Source of the DNA: Macrostomum lignano
Lineage: Eukaryota
Assembly (NCBI GenBank): GCA_002269645.1
Contig: NIVC01001387.1
Span: 190,136 to 254,135, forward strand
Length of the DNA: 64,000 bases
Direction of reading: 5' to 3'
Shown here: positions 37,978 through 57,456 of the stretch, one piece after another
How positions within the stretch are numbered: the first letter of the stretch is position 1
Layout of the letters: each line of letters opens with the position of its first letter
The notes under the pieces: generated by a model
What the model was told of the DNA's origin: nothing
The model's input: only the letters and a program-made list of their open reading frames with translations
Databases searched by the model: none
Made by a program: the position numbers and the translations under genes

Positions 37978-40900
37978 TAAAAAGTTGTTAAAGAATGTCG
38001 TAGTACGAAATTAAGGTTTGTTCGCACCACCAATCAAACAAGCCATCATTTTACAACTCGTGTGGTCTTATGCTGTTGTGTGCTGTTGACTTGAACTAGT
38101 TATAGGCGATCGCAGATAAGAAATGTTAGAGACAATGCCATTGACCGAAATGTACACTTGGAAAGGGTTTAATGCAAGGGAGGGAGTGAGCGCGGACTCT
38201 GTTCAATCCAATGTACGAGACAGTAGCCCATGTACGACCTACATGCCCGGGGAAGGAAAGAAAGGAATTGATGGCCAGTCCTAGCCGGGTCGTGAGGTGG
38301 GTGATGCCGCTTTTGTTTAAACGGAACTTTGAAAGCGCTAGGTTTTATCGACTTCCTGTCCTACTTACTTAATTGACATAAACAAGATGGACTAAAGGCG
38401 GTGGACTATTCGCGTTCGTTAAAATGTTTTTCTTGTCGTCTTTAGTACATGCAAAACGCTGTTTTTCATCAATCCATAATGTTTTAAAATTGGCTAACTC
38501 CAACGTCATTACTGCATGCAATTTCAACCCCGTTACCTATGCTCCACCGCGCTGAGTCGTCTGTCTCAGGATTTCTGCAGAGAAAAAATAAACCTTGAAA
38601 TTAGGACTCGTTTCAACCTCCACGCCCAGACATTATCGCGACCCCAATTGACCATCTGTTCGGTCTTCATCCAAGCTGAATCAAATTTTATAATGGTTCA
38701 TTCCCGTTCGCATTTTGTTGTTACTCGAATACCGTTTTTGTCAATCAACTACACCTACCAAAAAGTATGCTGTTTAATGTCAAAGCTACGTTCAATTTCT
38801 TGACTTTTATTATCATCTTGTTGTAATTCTTGCATAAACCGTGTAATCTATCTATTTATAGCTACTGCATATTTTAGCGAAATATCAATCAGCGATTGTA
38901 ACCTTGTATTGTCCTGTCTTGTCTAATTTGCCCTAAAAGGTTGTTGTTGCTGTTGTTGTTGTTGTTGTTGTTGTTGTTGCGTTTCTATACTGCACAGCAA
39001 TGCATCAACTCGAGAGGACTTGCTCAAGTGGAGGGAAATTCCTCGATGGTGCAAAGCGTCACTTGCGGCAGGCGTCATTTCCGCCCGAAAATCGTCTATT
39101 ATGGAGATAGGGAATCTGTTTCGAGAACACTCCAATTGTCCTTACACTTGAGTATAGTTCGTGAGTCAACTCTGAAATAAGAGTCGATAGACTCGTAACA
39201 GTAAGCAGTTTCATCAATAGTTTTCTTGTTTAACTAGACAATTTCTTTAGTTATTTTTAAGGCTGTGATAAAAAAAATCGAGTTGTAAACAAGTCAGAGC
39301 TTTTACTGTGTTTTGTCATCGTTGATAAGTCATAAATTTGCATTAATTGATGTTGTGCATTCGCTTTGCTGAGTTGCGCCAGTAAATTCTGTTTTTAAAA
39401 TATTTTTATAGTTAATCGTAAATAGTTCTGTTTTTGCACATGCTTTTTAGACGTATTTTCATGTTTTAAGCGTTTTAATCCCCATATGTGAAGTCACGAT
39501 CGAATGATATTTTTCTGTCTGTTAAATAAAACTGCTAAGGAAGTTCTGACTCTGTCCACTAATTATTTTGCAAACAACGTCAGAACCAGAATCAATTCGA
39601 AAGTCGACTTGAATAATTTACAATTTAGCGATTCAAGCAAAATAACATACTTTGCATCCAATGCAATTCATTAACTGGAGCAAGATATTTGTCAGTTCGT
39701 GACAGGAACAAAAGCAAGCAGACAGCTGAAAAATTTCGTGACTAGTTTATTCAATAGGTTTTCCTTGCTGCGGTCGTTAAGTACAAATGCAATAATTAAG
39801 AACAATGTTGGCATGGAAGGTTAGCTAAAAATGAACCAAGTTGAACTTAAGTCTAGAATATAGAGGCTCACAGTGATTTGGCGTGGTGTAATGCTAAGCG
39901 CCTTCTGTTTTTATAATTACTAAATTCACTATATTGATCTGATCAGTCCTACTAGACTCACGCAGCAGAAACGGCTCATTCACAATAGCATTAATTGTTC
40001 AAAGAGTCTTGTCTTCTACTTCTTAAAAAGTTTCATGTTTCTACCATAGACATCTCTGTGTCACAGCAGCCAAAAAAATAAATCTGAGACCATTCCAAAA
40101 AGTACTCTCGCTACTTTTCCACTGGCTTGCTGACTTACAGCTGCAAGTCTATTTTCGTTCACTTTTGTTTAAATTGTCTACATAAAAATATGTTCAAATT
40201 AATATGAAATCACGTTATTTGGACTATCAGAACGAGAGAAATGATTAAAAGTAAAACTACTTTTGGGACAAGCCCTCTTGTACTCGTATTTCGCACTGCA
40301 GCATTGTTTACGTTTTTTGTAAAGGCGTTGAGCTTTATGAAAAGATTGAAAACAATCATAAAAAGGGATTGGTTATTTTTGGGCTTAGCCTACAACAGCA
40401 ATTGGCGTTGACCTCAAAGCAAATCTTTCAACAGCAGAAAATTGTAAAGTGAGACGAACTGTAGCTATATCTGCAATCTCCTTTGATTTCGCAGTCCCCC
40501 ATGCGTTCTTCGCTTTGATAGCGGCGCAGAAGGCGGGTGTCGAAGGAAGTCCTAAAACTGACAAAAGTGAGTAACTCGTGAGTGAGTAACTCGCCGGACT
40601 GAAAAGCCAGAGTCTTCTCGCTCTCTGTCTAGATTAACTGAGCTAGCAGAGAGGAGTCTTTTTTGCGATTTCAATTAATTGCAAATCCCAATTCGGTTGT
40701 AATCAGCGAGCTCGATTGTTTCATTTTCAAACTGTTTTTTTTCCTGAAATTTCTTGCTAGATTTCAGTGGCTACAAGTCTAGTTATATAGTTATACAACT
40801 GCTTTTTGCAAATTTTCTCTTTGCGTCAAAGAAACGAATTATGCTTTAACTTTGGTGCATGCATGCTATCTTTAGCAGAAGAAGTTGTACAAGTGCATGA

Positions 40901-42517
40901 AGAAGTATATAAACGTATAGTGCTTCGCTTTCGAGTATTCTTCGCTTGTAGCTACTGAGAATTTTTGCCGCGGGGGGCGGGCAGCACAAGCAGATGAACA
41001 AAAACTAACCTTACTCTACCTTTGTCGACATACCCTGCCGACTCGTTTTTCGGAGTGTTCGGATTCTCGCAACTGCAGAGGCTTTGACGCAACCTGCCTC
41101 CGGCAATGTCCGGGATCTGGAGTCCGAGGGGATACGAATCGAGTAAGACAACACTTCGCACGGCAGATTCATTCTCAGGCTTAGCATACCTGACCACTGC
41201 ATTGAGTGCAGAACAACGTGACTAGCATAGTGTTTAATACTTAGCTTTTTCTGATTGTGTCGTCACGTCTGTTTTCTCCAGGACATCTGAAATATACAAT
41301 GTGCATGGGGCATATGCTTTCTCGGTAGAACTTTCTCGGATTGTGCTTCTATGATACTTCCAGGCCAGATTGGTTCTTGGTGAACTGCTTGAAGGGCTCA
41401 CGGAGTATAGCGTACAAGGTTGTTTGTAATTGTCTATGGCAAAACCCCATATGCGTTCTCCAGAGCTCTGAATTCGCTAGCGACGATAACGGCAAAAAAC
41501 GTTCATCCGACAAGATTACACATCAACCATCGACAAGGTCACAGCAATGATAACGAAGACAGTCGCCTAACGGACAATTTCGCAGATAATTGCACAGACA
41601 AATATGCAGCTGCAACTGAATTGAGCGCCGAAAAAAACCTCTTGTCTGCTCCATTTTCGGAGATATGATATCAGACAGCCCTCTCCTGTAATCAGCGATA
41701 ATTTTCGAGTAAATTAGCACGCAACAGCGACTCTTGACAGATGATTCTAATCCATTCATTCTAGACCCCTCGGAATTGGATGAAAGAACTAATAAAGGCC
41801 AAAGTTAACTGGATTCGTGACTCTTCTTTTAAAGACCGTCCTTAGGTCCACTTTTTTATTGACGAGCATCTTTAAAATATGACTGCCTGTGTATCTTTGG
41901 TTGGGAAACAGACCCGATGGGAAGTTTGTTTTTCGGCAAGAGGCGCAAATACAGTCTGCAGCTGTCGAATAGTTCTCGATAGTTTTTTTTCTCTATGCAT
42001 CTACTCCATTAGCGGCTGCTCCGGCTTCACCTGCTGTGAGATTGAATCGGAGAGCTTTAGTTTGAGCAGCTTTGACAGCTGCTGCGCCGTATCGTGATTT
42101 AGCTAGCTCTATTCGCTATCAACTGTCGGATAGGGGATAGATTATGCGACGGAGATGCTGTATTTTCCTGATCATCTCCGGCTCTGTCATGCAGTTATCT
42201 TTAATCTGTGAATTTGGAAAAGAGAACCTGTAGCTAATTTTAGTGCAAAAAAAGAACTACAGAAACTTTTTTGATACGAGTGGGTCGTACACTGCAGGAA
42301 TGCAAGAATCTGCCAAGGGTTACTTGCCAAGGGCATTTTATAGATTTTGCTTGTTGAATAAGTCTATATTTAGATAGCGGAAATATCTTTCATTCATAAA
42401 TGTAGAATGAGGTTCTATACGTCCAGAACGTGTCTTCGATACGTGCTATCCAATGTAGGTGCTATATCTCAGATCTCTATCGATTGAAGATTGAAAATTG
42501 AAGGACCACGTACTGTA

Positions 42518-42763
42518 CACCTTTTCACGTTTAATTTTGATCAAGGTCCAGTTCTAAAAAAACTAGTGGAAATTCAATTCAGGCGATTCAGACTGGGGAC
42601 AATTTTGTCTATGGCTAAATCTTGCTTCGGTGGCAGAATGTTTTGAACAGGGGTTTGTTTCTATTGATTTTCCATAAGCGTTGCCCCAGTTTTAATTGTC
42701 TGAATTGAATTTCCGCTAGTTTTTTAGAACTGGACTTTGATCAAAATTGAACGCGAAAAGGTG
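42518..42763. mobile_element. Tc1/mariner-type MITE, TIRs of about 85 bp, TA target duplication
   Basis: TA|CACCTTTTCACGTTTAATTTTGATCAAGGTCCAGTTCTAAAAAAACTAG... and its near-perfect inverted copy ending ...GAAAAGGTG|TA. Confidence 0.8.
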
Positions 42764-45575
42764 TAGTACAACAGGACGTAAAACTCAATGATTGTGTATT
42801 TTTGAAGGCCAATTTCCTGGAAAAAAACACACTGCGGAGATAGGAAAAATTCTTTATTCATCACAAAATCAATGATTGCATTTGATCTGGGGTCAATACC
42901 ATTCCTTTAAATTTAGAACGTTGTAAATAAAGCTGTAAATACTCACAAGAAAAATATTTGTTTAGTTCATTCTTCTATAAAGTATATCTGTAATAAAATT
43001 GTCGCGTGCAGGTACACTCTTAAGCCATTATTGAAGGTGTTTACCAATATCATTTTTCATATTTTGCTGACCTAATGTCTAGAAAGCTATCAACTCGCAA
43101 ACAGTACACTTTGGCAGTACTTTACTGCCAGTACTAGGATGGTCATTCAACTGAATGTAGCCCAGAATTATCTTTTGCCAAATTTGTATGGCAAAAATTT
43201 TGTTTTTTTTCTTCACAAAAGGAGACAATGCAGGGAGTAAAAAGTTTTAGACAAGCCCTTATTATCTAAATTAGGGAAGGGAAGAAATGATTACAGATGT
43301 TCCAGAGCAGCGGCAGGGTCCTATTTAGAAGGATAATTGCAGTTCTTTTTACTTCAACACCTGCGCTGCGCAGGGCTACAAATATTTCATGAAAATGGCT
43401 CTCGCCTGCCTACTATGGAAATCCTTATTAAGAAAAAGCTACTTCTGTCAGGAAAATACCTGCTTCCATAACTAAATAATTACTGGGGGGGGGTATTGAA
43501 AACTTTTCTGAAGAATCTGCAGATTGAATAGCTAAAAGTCTCGCGACTGAATAAAAATGAGAGGGTGTCTCATTTTGATGCCTAGAAATTCCATGCACGA
43601 GAATTGGGAAAATTCCTTAACAGAAGGGTCAAGTTGTAAATCATTTCAAATAGAAGCCTGGACTTGACTGGGAGAGCGCGGTAATGAGGCTTGCAGCCCT
43701 TATGGATTATTTATAAGTAGTCCGACCACACTTTGGAGAAGTAAGAGCCATTATAATTTATTATAATGCCCGAAATTTTGGCGTATTTATTATTCGTTTC
43801 AATTCAATGCAGGGCAAACCTGTATATTTCTTATTAAATTTTCAATACCAAAGCGCAGACACGTATGCAGGAAGTCGACTGCTAAAAGTTTGAAGGCGGA
43901 GTGTAGGGACGAAGCCAAAGGTTAGAAAAATAGCAAAATATAGACTTTCATGATTCAGCAGTAACAGAGTGTAATAACAAAATCAGCAGCATATTCTCTA
44001 GACGAAGCCACGAACTGAGCAGAACGAGTGCAACAAAACAATTGAATGATCTGCAAGAGAGCGGAGTCGAAAATACAAAAGTTTCTCTTGTCTTTGTCTT
44101 GTTTAAAAAACGTATTCAATCATCTTTCTGCATCCGCTTAAAATTCGATACGTTAGATGCTACTCGTCAATTCGTCAGAGTAGTAGTGTGTCTGCAACTA
44201 TTGAGACAACCTGTTCAAATATAGAGCAGAACTACCACATTCTACATAGCTCAACGGAAAGTCCATCGAAAGTTTCAACAAATAACAAAAATGTTTCGGC
44301 GGCACAAAATTTAAAGTTTGAAAATCATTCCTTTACAGGAATTATACCATATCCGAAAGCAAAAAATACCGAAGAAAGCAAAGCAGAGAGACAATATTCT
44401 GTTGATATTTGATGCAGGCTATTCTATATGTTATTTTTTATCCAGCATTTACTAATAAATAAATATCACGAAGCCTTTCGCTATCACTAAACTCTATCAA
44501 TACATGTTCCAGTGCACGGCGAAACCGGACGGAAAGATATGCGGGTCTAAATTCAGTCAGAGTAAAAATGGAGAAAACAAGGAAAACAGTTTAGCTTACT
44601 TAGTTACAATCTAAATCTCCTGTCTTAATTCAATGCTAGATTTGAAAGTACACACACACCATGTCATGAAAAACTTTTACTATGTTTTGTTTATCAGGGA
44701 ACAAAAATACACATACGAGCGTATGTTATCTAAATCAAGCGGCCAGCTATGGTATGGGGCAGACGAGTGAGGTTGAGCGAAAAATCGATAACCTACAACC
44801 ACCCCAAATACGAGCCTCGGCGCCGATAAACCAGGAGGGTAGGGTAGGGTATGGATGAGGGGTGTGGGCAGAGCCGCAAGGGCACACAGAAAATCGATAA
44901 CACGCGGCGTCAATACCTGGGGGTAGAAATCGGGGGTAAGGGAGCGACTGGGGCCAGTCAAAAAATCGATAAGCCGATAAAGCAAGGTCACATGATCGTG
45001 CTAAAAGTTCTGTGACACCCAGATAGCAAGAAAGTGGGTTGAACAGTGATTAGGTGTTCCATTGTTGGACGGCTAAAGTTGTGCGATTTAGAGTTTTATT
45101 TCAGCGATCTCCAACCCAACTAGCTACTCGTACTTTTCAATAAGCGTGTGTTTTCAAACTTTATTTGGTCGTATTAATTTAAAGGTTGCTGGTCAAAATG
45201 GCTTAATATTCGGACCATAAGGACATGACAGTTGGTATTGGTATATATATTTAGCAGCAGGTTAAAAGTGGCCACTGGTTGCTGTAAGAAATTTTAATTT
45301 AATATTTACATTAACCAGATGAGTAGCCACAGTTAACGGACGCTAAATATTAAATACAGCTGATTATTTTAATTGAATATTTTTAGGTACGTTGTCACAG
45401 TAAGTAATTGATCAAAGTCGTCAACATGTTTTATCAAAATTTTGGTGGTCCAGGTAAATAAAATATTGTCAGCCATCTTCTATAGACATCTATGCGGTCG
45501 AGAAAATGTTTTTTAAATCTAGTCACGTGATCTAGCCAGACTGACGAATTTATCGCAGTCAAGCGACCTTGGCAA

Positions 45576-52421
<6,846 letters not shown>

Positions 52422-53186
52422 NNNNNNNNNNNNNNNNNNNNNNNNNNNNNNNNNNNNNNNNNNNNNNNNNNNNNNNNNNNNNNNNNNNNNNNNNNNNNNN
52501 NNNNNNNNNNNNNNNNNNNNNNNNNNNNNNNNNNNNNNNNNNNNNNNNNNNNNNNNNNNNNNNNNNNNNNNNNNNNNNNNNNNNNNNNNNNNNNNNNNNN
52601 NNNNNNNNNNNNNNNNNNNNNNNNNNNNNNNNNNNNNNNNNNNNNNNNNNNNNNNNNNNNNNNNNNNNNNNNNNNNNNNNNNNNNNNNNNNNNNNNNNNN
52701 NNNNNNNNNNNNNNNNNNNNNNNNNNNNNNNNNNNNNNNNNNNNNNNNNNNNNNNNNNNNNNNNNNNNNNNNNNNNNNNNNNNNNNNNNNNNNNNNNNNN
52801 NNNNNNNNNNNNNNNNNNNNNNNNNNNNNNNNNNNNNNNNNNNNNNNNNNNNNNNNNNNNNNNNNNNNNNNNNNNNNNNNNNNNNNNNNNNNNNNNNNNN
52901 NNNNNNNNNNNNNNNNNNNNNNNNNNNNNNNNNNNNNNNNNNNNNNNNNNNNNNNNNNNNNNNNNNNNNNNNNNNNNNNNNNNNNNNNNNNNNNNNNNNN
53001 NNNNNNNNNNNNNNNNNNNNNNNNNNNNNNNNNNNNNNNNNNNNNNNNNNNNNNNNNNNNNNNNNNNNNNNNNNNNNNNNNNNNNNNNNNNNNNNNNNNN
53101 NNNNNNNNNNNNNNNNNNNNNNNNNNNNNNNNNNNNNNNNNNNNNNNNNNNNNNNNNNNNNNNNNNNNNNNNNNNNNNNNNNNNNN
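52422..53186. other. Assembly gap (765 N)
   Basis: Run of N. Confidence 1.
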
Positions 53187-53187
53187 G

Positions 53188-53436
53188 TGTTCTGTTGTTG
53201 AATTAACGAAACGCAGAAACAAGATAGATAATTATCCGGGCGCTCAGTGGCACCAAAGAAGGGGACTGGCCAATAGGAGGGCGGCTCGTATATTTATGCA
53301 CGCGGGAAGGAAAGTTCTAGAAAGACCGGGGAAGGAAACTTCTGGAACTATGCGTAAACAAGTCGCGCGTGGAAGTTTCTAGAAACGCTGTCCCCGAACT
53401 ACCCCTACGCATCGCATGCCTTTGCAATACACAACA
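53188..53436 (-). repeat. 3' LTR (249 bp)
   Basis: Near-identical to 57457-57705 (4 difference sites by eye). Confidence 0.95.
53310..53384. promoter_or_regulatory. Three perfect heat-shock elements in the 3' LTR
   Basis: GAAnnTTCnnGAA at 53310-53322, 53335-53347, 53372-53384. Confidence 0.7.
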
Positions 53437-53450
53437 TTCTTCCCTCCTTC
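53437..53450 (-). other. Polypurine tract
   Basis: GAAGGAGGGAAGAA on the minus strand directly before the 3' LTR. Confidence 0.9.
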
Positions 53451-56400
53451 AAGGAGTCCAACAGTCCCCAAGCTTCACTTTAATCAGTCCCAGCGGCAGT
53501 TCATGAAGCGTATCGGCGGCGGTGCCTGGCTCGCTCAGATCGGCGGGCGCTGCTGTTCTTGCCGGAGGCTCCGCCGCCGGTGCCGCCGGTGCCGCCGTGC
53601 CGGCTCCGGTCGTTGGCGCCGAGTCCACCAGTGGGTCGAACCGCTCTCTCGGCTGCGCCGGGTGCGGTGTTCGGATCAGCCGCTGCTGGTTCCATCTGGT
53701 GCCGTCGCTGAGCTCGACCGCGTGGTGTCCCGCCTGACGGAGCACTTGTAGTGGCCGTGAGAGGCGGGTACCCAGCTTGCCCTTCTTGGTGGGCCGTCGG
53801 ATTCTCACCCAATCGCCGGGGTGGAACGTCTCGGGGCGGGCCCTTCGTCTGGCATCGGTGTAGGCCTTGATCCGCTGCTGCCGCGCCTCTATTTGCTGCC
53901 GCAGTGCCTGAGGCGTCGCCTCGGTCGTTGTCATTCCCCCTCCGGGAGACAGCATGGTGATCGCGGTGCGCCACTTCCGACCCAGCATGAGCTCGGCCGG
54001 TGACTTGCCCGTCAGGCTGTGCTTGGAGCTCCGGTAGGCAGACAAGAAGTTGGTCACGGCGTCTTGAAACGGCCTGTTCTCCGCACCATGGCCGCTCTGA
54101 TGCTGGCGAGTAGCGACCGATTGAGACGCTCCGTCTGGCCGTTGGTTTGCGGATGGTAGAGGCTGGTCTTGACGTGCCGGATGCCCTGCTCGGCCAAGAA
54201 GTCCGAGAACTCGCTGCCAAACTGCGGGCCGTTGTCCGTCAGCACCTTCTCGCACAGCCCCCACCTTGCGAACAGGCTGCGCATCGCACGGCAGATGGTC
54301 TCCGTGGTGATGCTGGCCGTCGGGATGACCTCCGCCACTTGCTGTGCAGGTCGTCACGACGATGAGTGTACCTGCTAGAGGCCGGCGCCGCCTGCAGTTC
54401 TCCGACGATGTCCACGGCGATCTCTGCCCATGGTGAATCTGGCCAGCGTATGGTCTTGAGCGGGCGGACTGACCTTAAAGTTCTCTCGGCTGTCTCGCAC
54501 GCTACGCAGTGTCGCACGAAGGTCTCGACCGCCTTGTCCATGGCGGGCCACCAGACTGAGTCGCGGAGCGCCTGCTTCGGCACGATGCCCTGGTGCCCTT
54601 CGTGAGCCTGCTCGAGAAGATGGCCGCGGAGAGACTCCGGGATGACTGCTCTCTCCTGGAAGGCGAGGCATTTGCCGTTGTTCCAGACGCTGAGCTGTTC
54701 GCGCACCTTCCAGAGAGCCCGCAGCTCAACGTCGTCGATGTCAGCTGGCCACCGGCCGCTGATGACGCTCCTGATGGCTGTCCCAGTGTCTCGTCAGCCG
54801 AGGTCCCTGCGGTAAGTGCTTCCAGTGTGACCGCCTTGACTCTCGGGCCTGGAGTGTCGGGCAGGTGGATCAGGTTCAGCTCCGATCCGCTGCTCCACCG
54901 GGACAGCAGATCGGCCACGTAGTTGCTGTTTCCTGGCAGGTAGCGCACATGGAAGTCGTACTGCAGCAGCCGGTCGCACCACCTATGGATCCGCAGTGGC
55001 CGGTGTCCCGTGCCGGTCGGTCCGAGAAGTAGCTGCTGCAGCGCCTGATGATCTGTGCGCAGCTCGAAGTGGCGACCGTAGAGGTAGAAATGCCACTTCT
55101 CCATCGCCCAGAGGCTAGCCAGTGCCTCGCGCTCGTTCGCGGCGTAGCGCTGTTCCGTCGTCGTCAGCGCTCGGGCGGCGAAGGCGACCGGTCGCTCGAC
55201 GCCGTCCTGGATCTGCGACATCTGGGCTCCGATGGCCTTGGCGCTGGCATCCGTGGTGACAATAGTGTCGGCCTTCGGGTCGAAGTGGGCGAGCGTCGGT
55301 GCCTTGCTGATGGCGTCCTTCACTGCTTCGAACGCCCGTTGGCACTCCGGCGTCCAGTCGAAGTTGGAGTCGGCCTTCAGGAGCCTTCGAAGCGGCTCTG
55401 TGATGTCGGCGTAGTGCGGCACGAAGCGCATCAGGAAGTTAGCGGCGCCTAGGAATGACTTCAACGCCTTCTGATCTCCGGGCTGCCGGATGTCCCTGAT
55501 GGCCGCTGTGGCTGACTCCGTTGGCCGGATGCCGGCCTCCGAGATCACGAATCCGAAGAATTCGACCTCTTTCTGCTTGAAGGCGCACTTCTGCTTGTTC
55601 ACCGTCATGCCCTTGTCCTCGAGGCGCTGGAGCAACTTCTCCAGTCGTCGATCATGCTCCTCCTCGCTGCGCCCGTACACGATGAAGTCATCCAGGATGT
55701 GCTCCACTCCGTCGAGGTCGGCGGCCTGATCGTCGAGCATGCGCTGGAAAGCAGCTGGTGCCGATGCCAGGCCGAAGGGAACTCGACGATAGCGGAAGAG
55801 CCCCTTGTGCGTGATGAAGGCTGTCAGATTGCGGCTCGATTCATGCAGCTGCATCTGCATGTAGCCCGACTTCAGATCAATCTTGCTGAACACTCGGCCG
55901 CGGCCTTTCTTGATCTTCGAGGCAATCTCGTCCAGCTGTGGCATCGGGTGCTTGTCGACGATCAGTGCTTGTTCGGCTCGCGAACGTCGACGCAGATTCG
56001 GATGCTGCCATCCTTCTTCGCCGTCACCACTAGATTGGAGACCCACTCGCTAGCGTTGACTCGCTCGATGATGCCGTCCTTCTCCATCTTGTCGAGTTCG
56101 GCACCGACCTGCTCCTGTCGCATGAGGGGCAGGCGGCGGAGTGGCTGCTGGACGGGTCGCACTGCTGGTCGACCTTGGGCTGGTGTACAGCGCCGGCGCA
56201 GCATCCTATCGCACCGCTGAAGGTCGTTGGGTACCGCGCCTGCAAGTCCGCCGTCAAGTCGCTGACCTCCGCGATTCGCGGCGGCTGCCCGCTAAGGTCG
56301 ACTCGGAAGCCCAGCTTCTCCATCAGGTCTCTACCGACGATGTTGTCGCCGCCTGGCGCAACGAAGAACCGGTGCTGCATCGCCTTGTCGCCGTAGCGCA

Positions 56401-56631
56401 CCTCCAGCTCGGTGACACCACTTAGCTGGATCGGCAGTCCGCCGTAGGCACGCAGCTTCGTCGTGTGGGAGAGGTGACTGCGCCTGAGATCCGGTCGGCG
56501 GTCTGTCGGGACAGCAGCGACACCCTTGCGCCGCAGTCCACCATCAGGCTGACAGCGGTCCTGTCCGGTCCGAGTTCCAGCGTCGCCCGGACCTCCCTGT
56601 CGCCACCCGGCACTGCGTAGACTGTGATCAC
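53449..56631 (-). pseudogene. pol: pol (protease, RT, RNase H, integrase), fragmented by frameshifts
   Basis: Protease MVDCGARVSLL; RT FSKIDLKSGYMQ, YRRVPFGLASAPAAFQ, ILDD; RNase H TTDAS..YAANEREALA..TDHQAL; integrase HEGHQG..WWP..C..C, IAVD, LTDNGPQF, YHPQTNGQTER spread over several frames. Confidence 0.92.
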
Positions 56632-57445
56632 CTCGTCCGCGGCATTGACAGCAGCCTGCTGGCTGCGACAGCAACTCCGGAAGTGGTTCTTCTTGCCACA
56701 AGCGTCGCATGTCTTGCCCTTGGCCGGACAGGGGGTCGTCGGTCCGTGGTCTCGCCCACAGCGCGTGCAGGCGCCGCCGGGTTTGGCCGTCCTGCCAGCT
56801 GGTGCTGGGCGGTGCCTCCCTTTGCAGCGACCTTCTGGCCCCTCGGCTGTCGGATCGATTGGACGGCTGCCGTGCTCGAGGTTGATGGCGCCATCGCCTT
56901 GGCTTCTTTGGAGGCTTCCTCGATGGAGACCGCGATGCTGAGCGCTTTCGCCAGGTTGAGGTCCTCCACCTTCTCCGTCAGCAGCCTCTCTCGGATTCTG
57001 GGGTTACTGGTCTTCTCAGCCAGCTGGTCTCTGATGAGATCGTCCTGTATCGCGCCGTAGTTGCACAGCTCCGTCAGCTCCCTCAGGGCTGCCACGAAGG
57101 TCTTGACGTCCTCGCCGGGTAGCTGCTGGCGCTGGCGGAAGCGATATCTGGCTACCATCACGTTGGGCTTCTCGCCGAAGATCTTCTCGAGCTCCGCCTT
57201 AGTTGCTGCGAACGTGTCGTTCTCCTTGATTGCTTGGCGTGCTCGAGCAACCCGCTGACCTTCGAATCCAAGCAGATGGAGCAGAAGGCTCCTCTTCAGC
57301 GGTTTCGCCTCTTCCTTCCCTTCGGGCTCCTTGAATTGGGCCGCCTCGTAATAAAATTCAAAGGCCTCAATCCATCGGCTCCATGGTACTGTCGGTGATC
57401 CGCAGTTCGCCAGGAAGGGCGTGGGTGCAGGGATGCTATCCCATC
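56630..57445 (-). pseudogene. gag: gag (capsid plus two CCHC knuckles), frameshifted before the knuckles; no in-frame AUG at the expected start
   Basis: ARYRFRQRQQLPGEDVKTFVAALRELTELCNYG..LIRDQL capsid-like segment; the Zn knuckles are in another frame; the ORF-track start at 57569 is GTG inside the LTR. Confidence 0.88.
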
Positions 57446-57455
57446 CTCGTCGCCA
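57438..57455 (-). other. Primer-binding site complementary to the 3' end of tRNA-Ser(GCU)
   Basis: Minus strand TGGCGACGAGGATGGGAT, 1 nt after the 5' LTR; equals the reverse complement of the eukaryotic tRNA-Ser(GCU) end ATCCCATCCTCGTCG-CCA as recalled. Confidence 0.85.
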
Positions 57456-57456
57456 A

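Noticed and set aside
38000-45500. Short ORFs in the repeat-poor intergenic stretch (e.g. 41420-41668, 44188-44412)
   Set aside because: No recognisable domains, AT-rich and no consistent exon chain.
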